Notes: generated by a model from the sequence alone, not told the origin. Shown: positions 41,752 through 54,842, counted from the first letter of the stretch. The stretch is DNA of 64,000 bases from Eledone cirrhosa (GCA_964016885.1 OZ024741.1:131316001-131380000); one strand, 5' to 3'. Made by a program: numbers and translations.

Positions 41752-41963
41752 TTTTTTCAAAGAAATTTTTTGATAATAATAAAAGTTTAAATTTTGGGCA
41801 CAAGGCCCCAATCTTTTTGGGTGTCCTTTTCGGAAAACAATGTATGTGCGCTTATATATGGTTAACAATAAAAATTTTCCATAAATGGCAATTTTTAACA
41901 AACGGAAATAACAAACCTTTGCGGAGCTCACGATGATACGAACGATTTACTACGTAGGTCGCC

Positions 41964-41994
<31 letters not shown>
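41964..41994. repeat. (AAT)n microsatellite at the 5' flank of the Tx1-like element
   Basis: 10 perfect AAT units. Confidence 0.98.
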
Positions 41995-41996
<2 letters not shown>

Positions 41997-42264
41997 GCCA
42001 TGAAGTCAAAGTGGTCCCGATTGTCATAGGCGCACTAGGTACTATCTCAAAAAGTTTCCAGGGATGGTTAAAGAAAATTGGCCCCGCCACGCTTTTTGGG
42101 ATGCGTCAAAAGGCATGCTTGCTGGGAACAGCAAGAACCCTCCGATACGTCCTGAATATCTGAGGCTGCAGGTAGTGGCTTGATATTCATTTCAACAAAC
42201 TTTCCAGTTAACTAACATCAATGACTGAGACTCAAAGAACAATAATAATAATAATAATAATAAT
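41995..42264 (+). mobile_element. Heavily 5'-truncated R4/Dong-like LINE 3' end with (AAT)n tail
   Basis: Translates as EVKVVPIVIGALGTISKSFQGWLKKIG...QKACLLGTARTLRYVLNI*, the typical C-terminus of RLE-type LINEs. A short 3' UTR is followed by (AAT)8 at 42,241-42,264. Confidence 0.85.
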
Positions 42265-42445
42265 TGTTTCTACATTTGGCGCAAGGCCAGCAATTACCCA
42301 GTGCATTACTGGTACTTTATTTTATCGACCCCGTAAGGATGAAAGGTAAAGTTAACCTCGGCGGGATTTTAACTCAGAATGGCAAGGGCTATAACTCTGT
42401 GAGTCAAAGCATGGCGTCCGACCCTCTACCGATACTGCCAATCCA
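42265..42445 (-). mobile_element. tRNA-derived SINE
   Basis: Reverse complement has A-box-like TGGCAGTATCGGTAG, B-box-like GAGTTAAAATCCC, body GTCGATAAAATAAAGTACCAG and an (ATT)n tail. Many homologous copies occur in the window. Confidence 0.85.
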
Positions 42446-42854
42446 TAATATACAGAAGTCCTCCTTCACAGTTCCCACAAAATTCCCACAAAAAACCTTG
42501 GTATATTGGTATATCTGTCTAAAATATTTAGAATACTGTTTAGAATGTTCAACTACAAAATGTCATTCTTGTCTTTAAAAAAGCAGTAACATTTTTCTCC
42601 TCAGCATGCAGTCACGACATTGTGACTTCGTGATGTCAGAGAAGTTACAGTAGGAAATAGCCAACCAGAGGGGGTAATATATTCTTTCTCTTCTTTCTGT
42701 CTCGGGTTTTGTTTTACCCCACTCCGCCTCCTCTCACTTTCTCTTGTATGGTTATCTGAATCCCCCTTCTCTCTCTCCCCCTCTCTCACTATCTTAATAT
42801 CCTTCGCACTTTTCATGCTTCTTGTCCTCCACTCTCTCTCGTATCTTTCTGAGT

Positions 42855-42936
42855 ATATATATATATGTATATATATGTGTGTATATATATATATATATAA
42901 ACTCAATCACACACATACACACATATATATATGTAT

Positions 42937-43007
<71 letters not shown>

Positions 43008-43025
43008 ATATATATATGTATTTTA

Positions 43026-43095
<70 letters not shown>
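42855..43095. repeat. (TA)n/(TG)n microsatellites
   Basis: Directly visible. Confidence 0.95.
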
Positions 43096-43097
<2 letters not shown>

Positions 43098-43182
43098 AAA
43101 AGGTAAACAGAAATAACAACACAATCGGTACAGTATATGGAAGGTATATATTAGGTTAACGCTTGATATACCAGGAAGAGAG

Positions 43183-43218
43183 TCTTAACCTTTCGGACAC
43201 TAATCCTTCATCAGAAGA
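43183..43218 (-). ncRNA. Minimal type I hammerhead ribozyme motif (Penelope pLTR-type)
   Basis: Minus strand reads UCUU-CUGAUGA-A-GGAU-UAGU-GUCC-GAAA-GG-U-U-AAGA. Stem I is UCUU/AAGA, stem II is GGAU/GUCC, and stem III is reduced. Confidence 0.6.
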
Positions 43219-43379
43219 AAGAATGAGAAATAAAATAGATTAAGGGGACGGGCGGAATGGAAATGGAAAAAATGTCTTTAGATAAAAATAATAGGTCCAT
43301 TCATGTTGACATCTCTCTATGTATGTATATATACATATTGAAATGGTAGTTGGTGAAGTAATAAATAAGGGAATATTCA

Positions 43380-43995
43380 ATATGGTGGCTGCCAACTCGT
43401 TTTCGAGTACGGCCACTAATTTATATCCATGTAGGAGAACCCCTACCGATGCGCTGAACGAGTGTGACTTTTTAGTCCAGCCAGCCACTTGAAAACTCTG
43501 GTACAAACACTACACTTGAGACAATTATTGACACATAGTTCTGGGCCCATGGTACCATGTGACGACAAGTGCAGAGAGATCTCCATATATAAAGCAATGC
43601 CAGTGCCGTGAAGCTTTTATAGTGAGCAAAGGCACTGCACAAAGTCAGTCCCACTCTCTTAACCAAGATGATATTTACCAAAAAGAAGAACAAGTCAACA
43701 TCATTGGATACCATCAGGGTTGCAGGTGTTATATCAGAGTTTTCCTTCTCCTAGAATTCTGCCTTGACAAAGGCTAAGGGGTCATCTCTCCCGGTGATTT
43801 TGGATGGCCATTGACTCTTAAGAGCTCCTTTGCCCTTTGACAGGTTTTGTTTTTAATCCTGCATGATATCCAAAGTCACCCTCCTCACCAAGAAACCTTG
43901 GTGGGGTTGCCAGTTTAGTCGCCAATGACCCGACCATGAGACAGGGTGTACTGGGATACATGTTACCAGTATCACTAACTGGTGACCTGACACAA
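43380..43995 (-). mobile_element. Dispersed repeat, probably RTE-LINE-associated 5' region or non-autonomous derivative
   Basis: Left end matches 34,297-34,370. Segment 43,803-43,908 is a diverged homologue of 63,893-64,000. The family assignment and strand are recalled, not demonstrated. Confidence 0.4.
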
Positions 43996-44178
43996 CATTC
44001 AATACAGACTTGTGTTAATTGTATATAAACTGAATTCGTTTTCTGGAAACTTGAGACACACACAACAACAATTATCAAACGAAAGTTGTCTTATTTCCAC
44101 ATTCGATTTTATTAGATTTAAATTGCAGCAGGCCTACTTCTGTTGTGGCTATCATTTTCATTATTAGTTAATTTCTAA

Positions 44179-44640
44179 GGGCAGTGGATTGGTAGTAACG
44201 GTAGAACGTCAGACAACATACTTTTTGGCATATAGCTACGTCCCTTTACGTTCTGAGTTCAAATCCCACCGAGGTTAGCTTTGCCTTTCATCCTTAACGG
44301 GTCGATAAAATAAAGTACCAGTAATGCACTGGGGTCGATTTAATCGACTTTCCCTTCCCCACCAAATTGTTGTCTTAGTGCCTGAATCAGAACCCATTAT
44401 TAGTTGGTTTCTAAGGGCAATGGATTGGCAGTATCAGTAGAGCGTCAGACATGTTTTGTGGTATATAGTTACATCCCTTTACTTTCTGAATTCAAATCCT
44501 GCCGAGTTTAGCCTTGCCTTTCATCTGTACGGGGTCGATAAGATAAAGCACAGGTAATTCACTGGAGCCAATTTAACGGCTCCCTCGCCAAATTGTTTAC
44601 CTTGTGCCTAAATCACAAACCATTATTACTTGGTTTCTAA
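44179..44640 (+). mobile_element. Two tandem tRNA-derived SINE copies
   Basis: Copies at about 44,179-44,400 and 44,415-44,628, each with a GAGTTCAAATCC-like B box and a GTCGATAA.ATAAAG.AC core. Confidence 0.9.
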
Positions 44641-45707
44641 TGATGTATTAAGGTACTTTCGATAGTTCATTTACTCCCAGATTTTAGTTTTCGGCTCTTG
44701 ATGAATTTTATGTACATCAGAAGATATTGTTGTGGCCGGATTTAGCTGATCAGCAAAGTATTCTCTCCACTTCGCAAGGATGCATCTCTCTTCAGAGAGA
44801 ACTCCTAGCCAGTTCTTGATAGCAAGCGTGGAAATGGACTTCTTATTACGTCAGCGGAATATTATATTTGCTGATCTAAAGTCGGATTCCATTACTTTGT
44901 TCTACTTTTTAATTGGTTGACAGTGTTGTTGTTTATTTCTCTATCATTTGTCGAACCTGTTTTTTCCTAAATTTATTTATATGCATATCGTTTCCTATCC
45001 TCCTTTTCAATAGCTGTTCTCACTGTCTGTCGATTGAATGATGACACCCCACTTTGCTAAATCATTTCCTTTTTATTTGTTTATCATTAATTTACTAGTG
45101 GGTTCAGTTGTTATCCTGTATCTGTCTGTGAAGTACGTTAATTATATCCTGTTTTGCCGAAGTTGCTCTTCGTATATTTTTATTTTAATCTGAATTCATT
45201 AATGATGGGGCTACATTGTATATCTAATGCCTGTAAACTGACATTTCTTTTTTTTGTGCTTTAATGTGGTTTGTTATTCTGAATGTTGATGGCATTGTTG
45301 CTCGTTTAATAACTTTTGTATCTTTAAATGAGGGAGTGTCCATGAGCCTTTATATTTTCGAGGCATCTGTGACTGGCAGCGAGAAGAGAGGATGTTCTCC
45401 ATGAACTGGAGATATAAACCAAACGATCAGAAGAGCATGATCATCGCTAAAGGATCACCAGAACAAGATGGTGGTGTTCAACGAAGCGATAGATATAGTC
45501 TGCCAATAAAGAACTCAGAATGCAGAGTGTCGCAACAGATATGGAAAGGAATCACGTTCGGTGTTCTAACAATTATCCTATTTTTCTCCCCAACATATAT
45601 CCAACGAGTGCAACTTTATCCTTCACTCATGAAAAGATGCTCTCAATAGAATTTGAACTCAGCATATTACTTCTCTTGACCTATCATATTTTTTGGCGTT
45701 TTTATAT

Positions 45708-46810
<1,103 letters not shown>

Positions 46811-47227
46811 CAATCATAGCTAACAGCAAGAGAATAAATGAAGTCACCAGACGGAAAGAAAAAAAGGCGGCCAGCAAAATAAAATGGCTGCGGTTTGGGT
46901 ACCATTGCTATAATCTTCTGATAGGTTAGTAAGAGAACGCAATTTTCTCATTCTAATTATTGTGGTGCTGAAAAGGAGAGAAGTAATTGGGTGATGTAGT
47001 GTATGTGTGTAGGTAGTGGGGCTAGGTTAAATGGAGGTGGGTAATTCTTACCGCTAAATCTTCAGACGCTTTGACATTTGAAAATAAGCCGGTGACATTA
47101 ACTTTTATAAGCTAATCACTTTGTGGCAGGGTGTGTATCTTGTATGGAACAATGTTGAAATCTTAAGAGGTTCTCTGGCTGGTTGTACGTCTGTCTGTCT
47201 GTCTGCTTATAAGTTGTCTGTCTGGCT

Positions 47228-47452
47228 GTATGTATATGTGTATCTACGCATGTACGTACGTACGTATGTATGTATGTATGTATATATGTATGTATGTATA
47301 TATGTATGTATTTACGTTTGTATGTACATATGTATGTATGCATGTATTTATATATGTATCTATGTATGTATGCACTTATGTATGTATGTATGTATGTATG
47401 TATGTATGTATGTATGTATGTATGTATGTATGTATGTATGTATGTATGTATA
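47228..47452. repeat. (TATG)n microsatellite
   Basis: Directly visible. Confidence 0.95.
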
Positions 47453-47769
47453 GTGTCTGGTTGACTGCTTTGTTCACTGTTTTATGAGTTGGTTGGCTGA
47501 GTGGTTGGATGGCTGTGAATTTGTACGCATATACTTCGAAGGTGGCGCCCTTTTAACAATTTAGTTTTTATCTTATTAATCTCTAGTGGGATACAAGTTG
47601 AGTCATATATCTTACTAGTTCGATTATTTAAACCTTATTGCGTAACCTGAGTGGGTTCTCAGGGATCAATACTTTATTCGTTTAATCAGCCAGTGTTTTA
47701 ATCCATATGCCCAGTCCCGTGTAGTGCTGGTGACCGCAAGTATCTGGGGAAGATAAATCACGCCGATAT

Positions 47770-48030
47770 GATGCATCATCATCATCATGTTCCCTTAACA
47801 CCTTTTCCGGTCGTTGGGACATTGCAGTACCGAACACTACACATACTTCCGCCATCTCTGGGGCTCATGGGCGAGTGCTTAGGTTGTGGCAAAGTTCTTC
47901 CCCGTCTAGTCATCTATGTTGTCAGTCCACCGCTTCCTCAGTCTGCTCTACATTTTATTCCCCTACACTGTCCCTTGGAAAATCGTCTTATTGAGTCCAT
48001 CCGATCTTATCACACGCACAAACCACCTCA
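47770..48030 (-). mobile_element. RTE-clade LINE 3' remnant with (TGA)n tail
   Basis: Minus strand translates about KTIFQGTV*G....RLRKRWTDNIDD*TG, resembling the RTE C-terminal 'QG.VEG.R.RGR...RW.D.I' motif. (CAT)n lies at the left end. Confidence 0.65.
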
Positions 48031-48498
48031 TTGATACAACAACGAACAAATCAACATACCTCTACTAGTTTCATTATGAGTGTTGCTGTTATTTGATAAA
48101 CGAAATAATCTGCTCGTAAATTTAACATGCAAATGGCTGAGTATCCTGCAGACTCATGTACTCTTAACTTAGTTCTCAGGGAGATTCAATAAGAGTTAGT
48201 AGGTGAGAAAAGTTTGTCTTTTTGACGGTTTCTAAGGAGTTTCCGTGAAAGTAGTTTCACCTACAAGGCTTGAGTTGATCAGAAACTATGGTAAATGACG
48301 CCGTCTAAAGATATCTTATAGTAGATTCGAACCCAGGACTTAATGATTGGGAAGCAAACCTCTGAATTCTTCGGGTATGTGATGTCAATCTAAGTCAGTA
48401 TGATGTCATGGAATTTCGTGTTTTTTTCCACGACACAAATCACAGCTCCAAATATATGTAAGTTTCATAATGACACTGATCTTGGAACACAAAAATAA

Positions 48499-48660
48499 TT
48501 GTTTCTACTTTTGGCACAAGGCCAGCTATTAACCAGTACATTACAGGTACTTTATTTTATCGACCCCATAAGGATGAAAGGCGGGATTTGAACTCAGACC
48601 GGAAAGGGACGTAACTATGCTAGAAAGGATGGCGTCCAACCTTCTACCGATACTGCCAAT
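48499..48660 (-). mobile_element. tRNA-derived SINE (internally deleted)
   Basis: Homologous to 42,265-42,445 and 59,020-59,200. Confidence 0.85.
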
Positions 48661-49005
48661 GAACATAGAACACATAGAATACTAGTCGAACACGTGAAAA
48701 TCTCCTGTTTAATACGAAACAACCACCGAGCATTAGAGCTCTAACTATCATGTGTTTTATTTATAAACCTCTCTCTCACACACACACACACACACACATA
48801 CACATATATATATATATACCTAGTTGCGACCGATAGATAGTATTAGCAATTGGAAAGACCAATGGAAACATTGTTTCTTCTCTCCGATTTGACGAAAGTC
48901 GACCGTTCCTTCTTTATATATATATTATATATATATATATATATTAGAAAGTGAGGATTTTTTTACAAAATGAAAAAAAAACGAGGTGTCCTACACGAGT
49001 GAAAG

Positions 49006-49216
49006 TATAAGGAAAATAGATGAAATCTAAAATGCAACTGGAGTCTTTTTTAAATAAAATATATTTATTTGGTTGCTTTACCGGTTTCGTAGTTCTGCTT
49101 TTCAAAAGTAGAATTGAGATGAAGCGTTTGTGGTTTTTGCGAGAAAAACCACAAACCCTCCATCTCAATATTTAAAAAAAAAAGACTCCAGTTGCATTTT
49201 CGATTTCAGCTTTTTT

Positions 49217-49223
<7 letters not shown>
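49006..49223. repeat. Imperfect inverted repeat (about 50-bp arms) between (TA)n tracts
   Basis: TATAAGGAAAATAGATGAAATCTAAAATGCAACTGGAGTCTTTTTT versus AAAAAAGACTCCAGTTGCATTTTCGATTTCAGCTTTTTTCCTTATA. Confidence 0.85.
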
Positions 49224-49291
<68 letters not shown>

Positions 49292-49681
49292 AATAATATA
49301 TATCGTCTTAATTACATATGTAGACACAAAAATTACATTACATTGAACAAATGTCTGAAACTGCCAAAATACAATATTTTACTCATTTGTTACTATCACT
49401 CCCACTCCACATAATCATCACCCCCTAATACCACAGCCAGCGCCGCAACCCGTTTACTGATATATCGAGGATGAACAAAGAATCATTGCTTAAAATCAAA
49501 TTACCATAATATATTCTTGCCATCTGTTGATATTGTCTGTTGTGGTATAAACTAACTTATAATATCCTCATGAATATTTGGGACAACACAGCCAAACCAT
49601 AAGGCACCTTAAATAATTTATAATCGACTAATGGAAGACTACTACCCATTATATATTAACTTTTATTATGAAAGTGTTATA

Positions 49682-50240
49682 GGGCCGAAGATTGGAAGTA
49701 TCAGTAGAGGGTCCGACAACAAGCTTTACGATATATACTTACGACCCTTTACATTCTGAGTTCAAATACCGCCGAGGTTAGCTTTGCTATATTCCTTACA
49801 GGATCGATAAAATAAAATAATGTACTGGGGTGGATTTAATCGACTTTCCCCCAAAATTGATGCCTTGTGCCTAAATCAGCAACCATTATGAAAGAGGGCA
49901 GTGTATTAGCAGTATTGGCATATAGTTACGCCCCTTTACGTTCTGAGTTCAAATCCCAACGGTGTTAGCTTTGCCTTTCATCTTTATAGGGTCGATGAAA
50001 CAAATAATAGTAACGTGCTCGGATAGATTTAATCGACTTTCCCTTCTCTAAAAATGGCTGGCCTTTTGCCAAAATCAAAAACCATTATGAAAGTGTTATA
50101 TTTTGTATATCAGCGAATTGACAGAGTCGTTAGGATGTAGGATTAACAATGCTTCTGTGTTGTTCCTGCACTCTAAATTAAAATCCAGCCGAGGTCACCT
50201 TTGCCTTTCATCCTTTCAAGTTCGATAAATTAAGTACCAA
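49682..50240 (+). mobile_element. SINE cluster: dimer within a 17-bp target-site duplication plus an older partial copy
   Basis: Copies at about 49,682-49,886, 49,896-50,085 and 50,110-50,240. ATTATGAAAGTGTTATA occurs at 49,665-49,681 and 50,084-50,100. Confidence 0.85.
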
Positions 50241-51227
50241 TCTTTATTTCTCTAAACAAAAAAGAAATCGGATGTGTACTGAACTGGAGTATGATGCGTT
50301 TCGCGAGGTTTTAAAATGCCGAGTGTCATAACAGCGCCCGCTCTAATCTATGAATTGTTAACGCTCTTTTCTATCGTGTATATTGTTAACATTTTATAGA
50401 AAAACGATCATAGACTTTTCTCTGATACGGAAAGCCAACGTAGAAAAATAGTACGAAAAAGCTATTTAGGATATAATAGCAAAAAAAAAAAAAAATGAAA
50501 TAAGCTATAAAATAAGAAAAATTATCGCCATTAAATCAATGACTGGAAACATATTTATCTTTGGCATGCACACATCTCCTGCGCTAGACATGAAACTCTC
50601 TTAAGAATAGTTCGTCTACCTTAAGCTCGGAAGATGGAGGCGGTGTCCAGGTTGTTGGTGTTGCACCTGAAGTGTAACCGTCTAAAGACTTGGTAATAAA
50701 TAGTTTCAAGCATGGAGCTGGTGAATATTCCTTGGCTGTTGCGGCTAGACGACTGGTGAAAATGGACTATTAAAAAACGTAACCAATGTAGCAGACTTTC
50801 GTCCAGAGGACGTTAAATGCACAATAAGACTACATATGATGATTAACAAACACACACTTGGAAAATCCGACAGACCCAAATTTCTGCATGGTGAGATGAA
50901 TAAATAGGGTTCATAAAATTTGCTGATGCAAAAAGCATACTAAAAATACTCAGGGCTAGACAAGATTTTCAATTTATCTACATATTTACAGAGAAGTTAC
51001 ATAGGTCTGGTAAAGGATTCTCGTTTGGATCAGCGTTTTGAAAAAGATAAGAAAACATGCTAAATTTTCAAGAATTTCAATTCAAACAAATTCAGAATAA
51101 GGCGAATAAGTTTCGATTCTTCATCCAAGAACATGGTTACTACACATTAGAAGCTAAACTCGAAACTCTATGCAATGTATGTCAAAGAATACAGATTTCT
51201 ATTTTTTTAAATGTCTAATCTGATGAT

Positions 51228-51314
51228 ATAATGAGTAAATGAAGTACCAGTAATACACTGGAATAATTGCTGGCCTTGTGCCAAATGTAGAAATAATAAT
51301 GAGTAAATGAAGTA
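51228..51314 (+). mobile_element. 5'-truncated SINE 3' end with 19-bp TSD
   Basis: ATAATGAGTAAATGAAGTA at 51,228-51,246 and 51,296-51,314 flanks CCAGTAATACACTGG..TTGCTGGCCTTGTGCCAAATGTAGAAA. Confidence 0.8.
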
Positions 51315-51464
51315 ATTAGAATACATGAACATGAAAGACTGAGAGATGATGAGGCATAGAGGGGCAGAGGAGGAGAATGAAGAAAACGAAGGTGATGGGG
51401 AGGGTAGTTTATTCAGAAAGCAGGGAAATATATGACTGACGGTACGGAAGGTGGCCATCCTAAT

Positions 51465-51870
51465 GATGATTCTGACCTGTATAGAAACAATCCTTCTGTA
51501 CAGTTCAGAGTTGTGGATGTTGAGTGCTGTTCGCTGTAAGAGACTCGAGGGTACATACACTAGAATGCTACGCTCGGCATACATCTCCTGGAGACGCTAT
51601 CCAACAAACAAGTCTATGTATGGCTCCTTGCCTAACATCCCTGATGTTGTGAAGCGCTGTCGTCTGGCATTTGCCGGCCATGTCAATAGCCATGATGAAC
51701 ACGCTGGTAGATTGCTTCTCTGAATTCCGGACGCAAAGAGATGTGCGGGACGGTCGTATATCACTTTGAAATCAATCATAGAGACAGATACAGACCTCAA
51801 AGGAACGAATCTGCATTGCTGCAATGGTCGTCCGAAGACTCTGGAGCTCGAATGTTGTCAATGCCTCAAG
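51465..51870 (+). mobile_element. RTE/RTE-X LINE C-terminal remnant
   Basis: ETILLYSSELW, RLEGTYTRMLR, ISWR..PTN..MYG.LP, RLAFAGHV match the post-RT region of RTE-type ORFs. Confidence 0.75.
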
Positions 51871-52032
51871 ACGTTGAATAACCCAAGAAGAAGTTGTACG
51901 AAATCGAAATGATCTCCACCAAGAGGTGGCTACCAAAGGAGATATATGTTTTTTTTCGTTTGGCCTTCGACCTCTCTGTTTTCACTTTCCCGTGGGCAAT
52001 GCTTTCCTTATGTAAGTGTGAATATATATATA

Positions 52033-52660
<628 letters not shown>

Positions 52661-53077
52661 GGGAGGGAAGGGGCAGAACGAGAGAGAGATAAGGAGAGCG
52701 AAAAAGGAAGAGCAAGGCGCAAGTTTAGAAGAGAAGAGGTGGAGGTTATAGTGAAGGAAGAGTACTGATAAAGATGATGAGGGAATTCCTGTAGAAAATG
52801 GTGTCCAAAGGAAACTGAAAGCTTTTTTGATAATAGTATCACTTTGTTCTCTGGCTAGGGATTGGGACGTTGTCTGTGTTATATCCGGAGTATATACAGT
52901 TGACACTGGCTAGCAGTCTTTCTCTCTCTCTCTTTCTACTGGTTCGATTCCCGCATGAGATTCTCTGCACATTTTCCCACTCCAGCTCTACTTTACCCTA
53001 CGTATTCAAATATAGTTTATAGTTATCAAATACTAGTTATATTTATCGGCATTGTGCCTAACATTTTAATACATACA

Positions 53078-53109
<32 letters not shown>

Positions 53110-53112
<3 letters not shown>

Positions 53113-53186
53113 TTCATTCTGACGATTGAAGTCAAACGTCTGTGTCAGGCTCGTCTGTCTTCATGAAACCTTTGGTAAATGAAATA
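53110..53186 (+). ncRNA. Type I hammerhead ribozyme candidate
   Basis: Stem I UAUUUCAUU/AAUGAAAUA (9 bp). Core CUGACGA at 53,119-53,125. Stem II UGAAG/CUUCA with extension. GAAA at 53,165-53,168. Stem III ACC-UUU-GGU. Cleavage triplet GUA at 53,175-53,177. Confidence 0.75.
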
Positions 53187-53282
53187 ATTATCTTATGTTG
53201 TTTATTACATAACTAAAACGCTCTGTAGTCTACATAGAGCACTCTCTTTTCCTTTACCTTTCCTACGGAAACACTTCATATA

Positions 53283-53309
<27 letters not shown>

Positions 53310-53325
<16 letters not shown>

Positions 53326-53628
53326 GAGAATGGCTGTCTGTCTGTCTGTCTGTCTGACTCCCTAAACCTCGAGAACCTCCCAACCAACTGCTTTCAAACT
53401 TTAAACATGTAATACTTATGGTCCTGTGAGTGTTTTGAGCAAAGAGAATTTCAAATTTTCAATGACCTAGGAACCGCATTAGGCGATTTAGCGATCTCTC
53501 TCTATCATTCTTAGTCTTTCTTTTTAGATAGATACATAGATATAACGTTGCGCCCTTATAATATTTGTCTGTATGTCTGGCTGTATGCATTATGACATTA
53601 TGACGTTTGTGTGTGTATATTACACACA

Positions 53629-53667
<39 letters not shown>

Positions 53668-53812
53668 TATATGTATATATAGTGTGTGTATATATATATA
53701 GTGTGTAACGCTTTTCGAAATATTTACTTCTGCGTTCACAGATTGATTTTTTTAGTTTCAGAAGATCTCGTTAAGGGTGAAAGCAGCGATTCTTTGCTTA
53801 AACTTTAATCTG

Positions 53813-53887
<75 letters not shown>

Positions 53888-54033
53888 TATATTCGTGTAC
53901 AGATGTTTTTGCTTACACAATAACAAAATATAAACAAACGTATTTATTTCACGAGGCTCGATAAGGATAAATATATATCAAATATATAAGAACCTTAGAG
54001 CAAATCCCGAGCAACGCCGGGCTATTCTGCTAG
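53310..54033 (+). mobile_element. Non-autonomous Helitron-like element, copy 1
   Basis: 5' TATATAAAACAGAGAATG-(TCTG)n-ACTCCCTAAA..CGAGAACC. 3' GC-rich hairpin CCCGAGCAACGCCGGG followed by CTAG (54,030-54,033). The 5' end is blurred by (TA)n. Confidence 0.75.
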
Positions 54034-54842
54034 TCTATATATCTAAAACAGAGAATGTCTGTCTGACTGACTCCCTAAAACTCGAGAACCACCCAACCGA
54101 TTTTTTCAAACTTTACACATGTCAACCTTATATATGTGAGTGTTTTGAGCAAAATATATTTCAAATTTTCAATGCATTAAGCGAAAAACCGCATATTTTA
54201 TGCTTTAAAGGCTTTTTGAGGCATAACGGAACAATAATCCAGGCGATTTCTTCAACATTTGCATTATTTATGTCGTTTAAAGTATTTTGAGCAAAAAAGA
54301 TTTTCTCATTTCGAAAAACCGATTTTTAAAAGCAATTTGGTTGCGTTAGGAGAAGTACCCAACCGATTTTTTTTAAACTTTGCATATGCATTACCTATGT
54401 TTCACAAATTTTCTTGACTGAAAAAGATTTCAAATTTTTGCCTGGGGACCGCATTGTTTAGCATTTTGGTTGCGTTAGGGCCTGTAACCTTAAAATTATC
54501 TAACTAAATTCCTTCATGCTCTCCATCACTGCAGTCCCACGTGCTTACTGCTCTGTAACTATTGCTTTCATTGTAACATAGCACAACAAATACATGTTCG
54601 GTTTGTCGAATTCCTTTTTACTTAACCCTATCGTCTTGGCTTTCGTGGGTTGAACATTTTACTCTCAGGCACCCAATTAAGTTAAATCCCTGGTAATCTA
54701 CGACAAATTTTTGTTATAAGGACAAAATGTAAACACCATTCCCAGCCAAGGTATTCCGTATTTCTCCGTACTGTTTCAGAAAGGAGGGATAAACATGCCA
54801 ATCTATGTTTGGAATCCCGAGCAACGCCGGGTCATTCTGCTA

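Larger units (their letters stand above)
36041..41963 (-). mobile_element. Full-length (about 5.9 kb) L1/Tx1-clade LINE, disabled copy
   Basis: About 210-bp 5' UTR, ORF1 with CCHC knuckle, 34-bp spacer, ORF2 with APE-RT-CCHC, about 240-bp 3' UTR with AATAAA (36,047-36,052 on minus). Both ends abut (AAT)n. Confidence 0.93.

Noticed and set aside
44179-44280. tRNA genes at SINE heads
   Set aside because: A/B-box-like motifs are present but there is no cloverleaf, and they are continuous with the SINE body.
45380-45560. Possible RTE 3' remnant and ORF 45392..45649
   Set aside because: Only a faint GSPRTRW-like motif, too degraded to support a call.
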